Source of the DNA: a virus
Lineage: Duplodnaviria; Caudoviricetes
IMG/VR virus record: IMGVR_UViG_3300035180_001680
Strand: one strand, 5' to 3'
Length of the DNA stretch: 64,000 bases
Below, piece by piece: positions 56,985 to 62,892 of this stretch. The notes under the pieces were generated by a model. That model was not told where the DNA came from. It searched no databases and worked only from the letters and a program-made list of their open reading frames with translations. The stretch's first letter is position 1; each line of letters starts with the position of its first letter. The translations under genes were made by a program, and so were the position numbers.

Positions 56985-57236
56985 TTATTCCATTGAACTT
57001 ATTACACGTTGAAGTGCAGAACGGATTTTATTCATATTAGATAGAACAGCAGAGGCGTGTTTCTTCTTATCTACGGGGTTTTTCATCTTGTTAACAATTC
57101 CCAAACCACGTTTTGCAGCATCCATCATTGATGCAATTTGGTCCAAAGAAACGTTATCAGGAATCTCGACTGCTTCAATAAGCATTTCCGATTGACCAAT
57201 TCCAGCGAGTTCCATGAGTCTTGATGTTGTTGTCAT
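56985..57236 (-). CDS. Hypothetical late protein (RLMELAGI motif)
   Basis: ATAAATA about 30 nt upstream. Confidence 0.6.
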   Translation of the reverse strand: MTTTSRLMELAGIGQSEMLIEAVEIPDNVSLDQIASMMDAAKRGLGIVNKMKNPVDKKKHASAVLSNMNKIRSALQRVISSME

Positions 57237-57240
57237 AATA

Positions 57241-57516
57241 TTATCCTTTAATTGTTGTAGTATTTATCCAAAGACTGTACGGATGTTCATATTTACAACT
57301 AAACATTACAGAATTAAAGGATTTTCCGGGGAACTCTTCAAGAAAGATATTTGTATGATAATCACTTATAATCATATATGATAGTGTATACTCTCCACCT
57401 TCAACCAATCCAAGTTTTCTAGCTTGAATGCGATTATAATCAAGACCGTGTTCATCAAGAAACCTTACTTTCGTTCCTGGTGGAGCATATAATAAATCAG
57501 TATGAGTCATATTCAA
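57241..57516 (-). CDS. Hypothetical protein
   Basis: ORF with RBS. Confidence 0.5.
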   Translation of the reverse strand: MNMTHTDLLYAPPGTKVRFLDEHGLDYNRIQARKLGLVEGGEYTLSYMIISDYHTNIFLEEFPGKSFNSVMFSCKYEHPYSLWINTTTIKG

Positions 57517-57730
57517 TCCTGTTTTTAATTTAAGTCCAAAAGAACGGGGTTTCCCCCTGTCCTATTACTTATAGCTGCAAGTTCTGCGCAACACTGTATT
57601 AGGTTGTAATCAACAAACTGGTTTGCGATTTTTCGAAGTTCTTTATAATCACGTTCCGACACAGTTCACCTTATCAACAAACATTTAAAGTAAAGATACT
57701 TTACACTAATGGAGAGTAAAAGTCAACAAT

Positions 57731-57853
57731 TGGTTGTTGTGGTAGGACTCGAACCTACACAAGCTGCTGGAAGGGTTACTATTTTAGTCTGTCTTCACAG
57801 AGCTCCCCACTATGATTCCACCGCCGGGGTATACCAATCCCCCTCACACAACA
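57731..57853 (-). ncRNA. tRNA-scaffold RNA with a branched insertion replacing the anticodon loop
   Basis: Intact acceptor, D and T arms and CCA; about 50 extra nt. Confidence 0.6.
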
Positions 57854-57856
57854 ATT

Positions 57857-57949
57857 TGGTAGTCCTGGTGGGTAACGCTCCCACTACTTGCCCTCATCTA
57901 GGACCTTGGATGTTTATAAATCATCTTGTTTTCTTTAAACTACAGGACC
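57857..57949 (-). tRNA. tRNA-Ile(UAU), long variable arm, atypical T-loop
   Basis: GATGA-TTTATAA-ACATC; CCA. Confidence 0.7.
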
Positions 57950-57957
57950 AATTTGTT

Positions 57958-58042
57958 TGGTGTCTCGAGGGAGACTCGAACTCCCACCTTTCGGTCAATT
58001 GTTTTTGAAACAATTCAGTCTACCAATTCCCTGCACCGAGAC
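57958..58042 (-). tRNA. tRNA-Leu(CAA)
   Basis: ATTGT-TTCAAAA-ACAAT; CCA. Confidence 0.88.
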
Positions 58043-58061
58043 AAATTTAAAACTTTAAAAC

Positions 58062-58152
58062 TGGCGGAAGGTACAGGAATCGAACCAGCGGCTCTACTTA
58101 GATGCCGGCGACTGCTTTCAAAACAGTTTGTCTGCCATAGACACTACCTTCC
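58062..58152 (-). tRNA. tRNA-Ser(UGA)
   Basis: ACTGT-TTTGAAA-GCAGT; CCA. Confidence 0.85.
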
Positions 58153-58157
58153 ATATA

Positions 58158-58661
58158 TCACTTTCTGTGTTTAATACACCGAGTTGAAATCCAACCCCGG
58201 CCACCCACAGTTCCTCGTGCACCACACACTTCACAAATCATTTTACTTTGATATTCAGCAAACTGAATTGCTGAATATTGTTCTTCGGTTGCGTTAGAAA
58301 CATAAAACCGAAGAGTTCCAAATTTTTCTTTCACTTGCCGAGCAACAGGAATCGAAAGTTCTGCATCATCCATCCTTACTTTGGTTGCGGCAATCAACTC
58401 AGTTGTGATAATAGGGTTAAAATCACTTTCAGGACTACCTGGATACAAAAGTTGACCAAGGTTAGGCACCATACGATCGTATGTGTATTTCTCATAGATC
58501 CAATCGCTGCACAAAAATTCAGACAATTGATTAATAAGATTAAACCAACCATCTCCACAAGTAACCCCCCAACACATACAAGTTTCACTCATCGGAAGAG
58601 TGTGTTCTTTATATAGAGCAGGATACTTCTTAAAAAGATAATTTTGATAATGTCTGTTCAT
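58158..58661 (-). CDS. Hypothetical phage protein
   Basis: CGDGWF...QVKEKFGTLRFY...CEVCG...WISTRC. Confidence 0.65.
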   Translation of the reverse strand: MNRHYQNYLFKKYPALYKEHTLPMSETCMCWGVTCGDGWFNLINQLSEFLCSDWIYEKYTYDRMVPNLGQLLYPGSPESDFNPIITTELIAATKVRMDDAELSIPVARQVKEKFGTLRFYVSNATEEQYSAIQFAEYQSKMICEVCGARGTVGGRGWISTRCIKHRK

Positions 58662-58717
58662 TTTTAGTCTCTCATCATATATTAAATGATATTTTAAAAT
58701 GACGAAAATGTCAACAC

Positions 58718-58805
58718 AGGTCCGAGTGACCGGATTCGAACCGGTACGACCTTTCGGCCGGCAGGGTTTAAGCCTGCTGCATCTACCTAATTACACCACA
58801 CTCGT
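58718..58805 (-). tRNA. tRNA-Leu(UAA)
   Basis: GCAGG-CTTAAAC-CCTGC. Confidence 0.85.
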
Positions 58806-58810
58806 AATTT

Positions 58811-58894
58811 TGGTGCCCCAGACGGGAGTCAAACCCGTAAAAACCTGCGTTCTTAGCGCAGTATCTGTACCAATTTGCATTTGTCACCGGGGGC
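58811..58894 (-). tRNA. tRNA-Leu(AAG), near-duplicate of 59545
   Basis: CTGCG-CTAAGAA-CGCAG; short V-loop. Confidence 0.75.
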
Positions 58895-58906
58895 AATTTA
58901 ACTGTC

Positions 58907-58990
58907 TGGTCCGCAGGGAGGGATTCGAACCCACAAAAGCACTACCGTTTGAAGATAGGGGCTGTACCAATTTACCTAAGCCACCTGCGG
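58907..58990 (-). tRNA. tRNA-Leu(CAA)
   Basis: CTATC-TTCAAAC-GGTAG; CCA. Confidence 0.78.
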
Positions 58991-58995
58991 AAATA

Positions 58996-59086
58996 TGGCG
59001 GAGAGTACAGGAATCGAACCAGCGGCTCTACTTAGATGCCGGCGACTGCTTTCTAGGCAGTTTGTCCACCATGGACGCTACTCTCC
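58996..59086 (-). tRNA. tRNA-Ser(AGA)
   Basis: ACTGC-CTAGAAA-GCAGT; body nearly identical to Ser(UGA) at 58062. Confidence 0.82.
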
Positions 59087-59092
59087 AATATT

Positions 59093-59179
59093 TGGTCGGC
59101 AAGGGGGGATTCGAACCCAACCAAGAGCACTGGAACTTAAATCCAGGGGCTGTACCAATTTACCTAAGCCACTTGCCGA
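59093..59179 (-). tRNA. tRNA-Leu(UAA)
   Basis: CTGGA-TTTAAGT-TCCAG; CCA. Confidence 0.75.
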
Positions 59180-59246
59180 ATAGTACCTAATGAGGGATTC
59201 AAACCCTCGCTCACCTTGTCATATAGATTAATGAGACAAACGTGGT

Positions 59247-59348
59247 TGGTGGCCACAGGATGGGAATTTAACCCACTTATCCAGAGGAATGGGAGCTACG
59301 CCTCGAGGAATCTCCCACAGTGCTGTTTCAACTACACCTATCTGCGCC
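59247..59348 (-). ncRNA. tRNA-like RNA with a 16-nt anticodon loop
   Basis: TGGGAG-ATTCCTCGAGGCGTAG-CTCCCA; T-arm; CCA. Confidence 0.5.
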
Positions 59349-59357
59349 ATAATATTT

Positions 59358-59430
59358 TGGAGCGGGCTATGAGATTCGAACTCACCTCTTTCGGCTTGGA
59401 AGGCCAAACGTACACCACTTGACAACCCGC
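59358..59430 (-). tRNA. tRNA-Gly(UCC)
   Basis: TTGGC-CTTCCAA-GCCGA; CCA. Confidence 0.88.
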
Positions 59431-59439
59431 ATTAAATTT

Positions 59440-59536
59440 TGGAACCGTATTGCAGTCACGCTCTGCCTGTGTTGCACCTGGACTCCAAGTACAACTCTTA
59501 TTGATTCTTACCAGCACCTACTGGAATGATACGGTA
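59440..59536 (-). ncRNA. tRNA-like RNA with non-canonical arms
   Basis: ACCGTAT/ATACGGT stem plus CCA; GCAG-AGCGTGA-CTGC in the T-arm position. Confidence 0.4.
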
Positions 59537-59544
59537 ATATTTTT

Positions 59545-59627
59545 TGGTGCCCCAGACGGGAGTCGAACCCGTAAAAACCTGCGTTCTTAGCGCAGTAGCT
59601 GTACCAATTTGCATTTGTCACCAGGGC
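59545..59627 (-). tRNA. tRNA-Leu(AAG)
   Basis: CTGCG-CTAAGAA-CGCAG; CCA. Confidence 0.8.
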
Positions 59628-59760
59628 AATATATCATGTTTTAATCTTTATAAATGTTCACGTTCTAACTGTTTTCTTGTGTATCGAATTGTGGTTCGTT
59701 TAAATAACCAGATACCACCAACAAAGCGATTGTTCCAAATAACACACAACAGGACAAACT

Positions 59761-59837
59761 TGGTACCCAACCTCAGATTCGAACTGAGAACCACAACGTT
59801 CTAAGCGTTGCCGCGTTACCAATTAGCGTAGAAGGGT
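59761..59837 (-). tRNA. tRNA-Leu(UAG), short variable loop
   Basis: CAACG-CTTAGAA-CGTTG; CCA. Confidence 0.85.
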
Positions 59838-59846
59838 ATTAAATTT

Positions 59847-59936
59847 TGGTGGGGAGAGGACAGAATCGAACTTCTTGCCACGAGGGACAGGGGCTACAAC
59901 CCTGCGCCAGGACCACCTAGCCTTATTTCACTCCCC
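59847..59936 (-). tRNA. tRNA-Tyr(GUA), divergent
   Basis: CAGGG-TTGTAGC-CCCTG; weak T-stem. Confidence 0.65.
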
Positions 59937-59943
59937 TTTATTT

Positions 59944-60029
59944 TGGAACGCTAGGTAGGATTTGCACCCACGTGGGCTTTCACCATCTGCTTTGCAGGCA
60001 GTTCCGTTCGTCTACTCCGGCACTAGCGC
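59944..60029 (-). tRNA. tRNA-Cys(GCA), long variable arm
   Basis: CTGC-CTGCAAA-GCAG; U73; CCA. Confidence 0.85.
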
Positions 60030-60035
60030 ATAAAT

Positions 60036-60154
60036 TGGTGGGCATGGTAGGAATCGAACCTACTCACCACGAGGGAACGGATTTAGTCGAGAACACTGGA
60101 AAACCAATGCTCTCTAGTCAGTCCGCCGCGACTCTCCAACTTCGCCGCATGCCC
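60036..60154 (-). tRNA. tRNA-Tyr with a 33-nt hairpin insertion in the anticodon
   Basis: GCGGA-CTG[33 nt]TAAA-TCCGT; Tyr-type body; CCA. Confidence 0.75.
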
Positions 60155-60169
60155 CAAAATATTTCAAAT

Positions 60170-60181
60170 TTTTAAATAACA
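60170..60181 (-). promoter_or_regulatory. boxA-like element
   Basis: TGTTATTTAAAA after terminator 4. Confidence 0.5.
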
Positions 60182-60190
60182 GTTTACAAC

Positions 60191-60222
60191 AAAAAAGCCT
60201 GGGTCTTTCGAGCCAGGCTTTC
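60191..60222 (-). terminator. Intrinsic terminator of attenuator 4
   Basis: AGCCTGGCTC-GAAA-GACCCAGGCT followed by a T-run. Confidence 0.9.
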
Positions 60223-60240
60223 TTTTGGGATTTTTTCTCT

Positions 60241-60336
60241 TTACATCTTGGTAATTCCCCAAACGGCGACCTGGCTCTTATCCAATATGGATAAAGACCC
60301 GAGTGATAGACAATAACCTAATCCGTTTGTGTTCAT
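60241..60336 (-). CDS. Leader peptide 4 (Leu/Ser/Gly/Tyr/Cys/Ile-AUA): MNTNGLGYCLSLGSLSILDKSQVAVWGITKM
   Basis: 31 codons, RBS AAGGA; GAGCCAGG (60270-60277) is an exact complement of terminator 5' arm CCTGGCTC. Confidence 0.9.
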   Translation of the reverse strand: MNTNGLGYCLSLGSLSILDKSQVAVWGITKM

Positions 60337-60372
60337 TTTGTAAATCCTTTAAGTAATTAATTCAGTGTTATA

Positions 60373-60401
60373 AGTATATATGACTTATTTATAAAAGTCA
60401 A
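60373..60401 (-). promoter_or_regulatory. tRNA-operon promoter 4
   Basis: TTGACT-TTTATAAATAAGTCATA-TATACT. Confidence 0.9.
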
Positions 60402-60485
60402 CGAATCATTCTATTCCATCAGAAATACCACCAACAAATTTCTGACATTCCGTGTTATTATCGATTAATTGTTCAATGATATCAT

Positions 60486-60567
60486 GTGAACTACCCAATT
60501 GTTTTAGCAATCGGGTAGTTCACCCCCGGTGCTGAAGCATCTGAGGGTTTTCTTAGTTGAGAGATTG
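60486..60567 (-). mobile_element. 82-bp non-autonomous mini-IS (left end fused to right end)
   Basis: TTTAT|CAATCTCTCAACTAAGAAAACCC...hairpin...GGGTAGTTCAC; both ends match the 52697-54033 element. Confidence 0.85.
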
Positions 60568-60574
60568 ATAAATG

Positions 60575-60850
60575 TCATTCGTCTTCCTCCGCGTCTGATA
60601 AACCCAAATCATACTTTTCGATATCAAAAGTTGCTCCACAGTGGGCACAATAATACCAAGTTGTTCCCAACCCATTATCCCAAAACTTCCCACGAACATG
60701 TCCAAGTTTTCCACATTCTTCTTGGAGAGATTTCATATCCTGTTGATATTGTTTATATTCAGGTGTATTGTGATATTGGTACATCCACCCTTTTCGTAAT
60801 TCTCTTTCATGTGTATCAAGGTTCGTACGACGTTTCCAAATTGTGTTTTC
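60575..60850 (-). CDS. Hypothetical protein (Zn-binding)
   Basis: ECGKLGH...YYCAHCG. Confidence 0.55.
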   Translation of the reverse strand, partial: ENTIWKRRTNLDTHERELRKGWMYQYHNTPEYKQYQQDMKSLQEECGKLGHVRGKFWDNGLGTTWYYCAHCGATFDIEKYDLGLSDAEEDE

Positions 60851-60851
60851 T

Positions 60852-61193
60852 TCACTCATCATTTACCACCTTTATTAATTTATAGTTGTACGCATCAACA
60901 TATCCAGTTTCCCAGTCATGACTTTCGTTACAAATAACTACTTCGTAAATTCCATCAGAACAACTGTTAAGGTTTGTGATATCAGAAACAACGAACTCAG
61001 GTCCAATATTACTAACATCTTCTTCTAAAATATTAAAACCAAAACTTTTTCTTCGGAGATACGTGATATCTTTTTTAATATGAATACCACGACTATCGTT
61101 CCATACAGATGTCTTTAAACGCACAACACACTTAGACGTTGGTTCAGATGATTGTGGATTCAGATTAAAATCAAACATTCTCGCCAACACCAA
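60852..61193 (-). CDS. Hypothetical phage protein
   Basis: DGIYEVVICNESHDWETGYVD. Confidence 0.6.
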   Translation of the reverse strand: MVLARMFDFNLNPQSSEPTSKCVVRLKTSVWNDSRGIHIKKDITYLRRKSFGFNILEEDVSNIGPEFVVSDITNLNSCSDGIYEVVICNESHDWETGYVDAYNYKLIKVVNDE

Positions 61194-61352
61194 TTCGTTC
61201 CAACGTGTTTTTCATGTCTGTCATTACTGTACCCAACATATGTTTCCACATAAACAAACCTGGTTGTGGGTCTTTGGTTAAATTATAAAGTTTGAAACTA
61301 AGTTCAGACAATATTTTCATATCTTCATCAAATGGGGTCATTTGTATCTTTT

Positions 61353-61856
61353 TTATCGGTTTTTTTCATTAACAAGTTCAGTAATTATTTGTTGTTGCGT
61401 CTGAAGCAATTTGAGTATTTTATCGTGCGAAGACACTGGGTTAGACTTAACAGGCTCCACTTTAATAGGTTCAGTGGAATCTATCTTCATGGGGTGTTCA
61501 GCTTGTTTTCCGAGAACTTCAATATCTGTCAAAAAGTGATTGTCGGAATCAGAACGACACAAAGTCATAGCTTCAGTTCGGTATGTGATTTTGACTTCTT
61601 GTTGAGAATCCATAAGTTCAGCAACTTTTTTAACCAGTTCAGGATTATTTTCGACAGTAAATTCGAATGGAGCTCCCATTACACCAGAACCATTACTAAA
61701 TCCACCACGAATGAGTTGACCTTCCCATGTTTTACAGAAAACTCCTTCCTGGGCTAACTTTGTGACTGAACCAACCTTATTGCCATTACCAGTATCAACA
61801 CAACCAGACAACATAACACCAACGGTTAAACCTATCACAACAGAATGTATTTTCAT
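61353..61856 (-). CDS. Lipoprotein
   Basis: Lipobox LSGC; GVFCKTWEG. Confidence 0.75.
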   Translation of the reverse strand: MKIHSVVIGLTVGVMLSGCVDTGNGNKVGSVTKLAQEGVFCKTWEGQLIRGGFSNGSGVMGAPFEFTVENNPELVKKVAELMDSQQEVKITYRTEAMTLCRSDSDNHFLTDIEVLGKQAEHPMKIDSTEPIKVEPVKSNPVSSHDKILKLLQTQQQIITELVNEKNR

Positions 61857-62066
61857 TGTGTGTTTCCTTTAAAATATTCAGAGTGAAATTATTATAAAAG
61901 TATTCAATGCTTTTAACAACTACTTTTTGATTATAATACCACTGTGATCCTCTACTATTTCGTATTCTTCAAGTTGAAACCATATGTGTCTGTTGACTCT
62001 ACCCATATGATCAATGGGAATATAGCAGACAAACAAAAAATCAAAATCACTGTTCCAACTAAAACA

Positions 62067-62492
62067 TCATTGCTGCTTATCACTTCTGTTGCTCCTTTTT
62101 TGTTGTGCTTCCATTTTTACCTGTTTGATTTGATTTAGAGACGCTTGAAGAGCATCAATGTAATCTTGGATAGCTTCTTCACCATTAAAAATAAAATCAT
62201 AAGACAATTTATTATATCCCTTGAATACACACTCCAATCGGAATTTAACACTTGCCCAAACGTCCTTAAACCAACCAAAAAATCCTGTTTGGTGGTTCCA
62301 ATAATTTGGAGTCCATGTTTTAAAATACAACGTCAAAGACAACAAATCAAACTCGTCATCATAATCGATAATCAATTCGTGTTGGTGTTCATCGCTATGA
62401 CATTGACACTGTGCATTCAGTGCTACCCAGTCGTGCATCCGTCCATTTCTAAAACGATGTGTGTAACTAATATTATTTGCTGGTAATGTCAT
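62067..62492 (-). CDS. Hypothetical phage protein
   Basis: CQCHSDEH. Confidence 0.55.
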   Translation of the reverse strand: MTLPANNISYTHRFRNGRMHDWVALNAQCQCHSDEHQHELIIDYDDEFDLLSLTLYFKTWTPNYWNHQTGFFGWFKDVWASVKFRLECVFKGYNKLSYDFIFNGEEAIQDYIDALQASLNQIKQVKMEAQQKRSNRSDKQQ

Positions 62493-62496
62493 TGTG

Positions 62497-62805
62497 TTAT
62501 TCCTCTAATTCAAAAAAGCCTTTGGGGTAAAAATCATCATACTTCCACTTTGTAAGTTCCCATATCATTTTATCAGCCGAATAACTACGAAACTTATCCC
62601 ACCTTTTATTCATACGGAGTTCCAACTCCCGAATGTCTCTTTGTGTATAACCAACATTAGCGTAAGTATTGTCAACGTCTTCGTGGTTCATCTCACTGAC
62701 TTTATCTATCGCTTGATCTCGATAACGATAAGCAACATTCAACCGATAATTATTAAAGAAAAAGAACCCATTAATTAAAATAACAATGGGAATAATATAA
62801 CACAT
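62497..62805 (-). CDS. Hypothetical protein with N-terminal TM
   Basis: Hydrophobic N-terminus. Confidence 0.5.
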   Translation of the reverse strand: MCYIIPIVILINGFFFFNNYRLNVAYRYRDQAIDKVSEMNHEDVDNTYANVGYTQRDIRELELRMNKRWDKFRSYSADKMIWELTKWKYDDFYPKGFFELEE

Positions 62806-62892
62806 TTGTTTCTCCAGTATGTTGTAAAGATAATTTAAGTTACGTATAGTATAATTAATAATTACATAAAAGACAACACAAAAGGGGATAAA

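Noticed and set aside
60086-60118. Archaeal bulge-helix-bulge or group I intron explanation for the Tyr inserts
   Set aside because: The central 4-bp helix cannot be formed, and 33-42 nt is far too short for a group I core.
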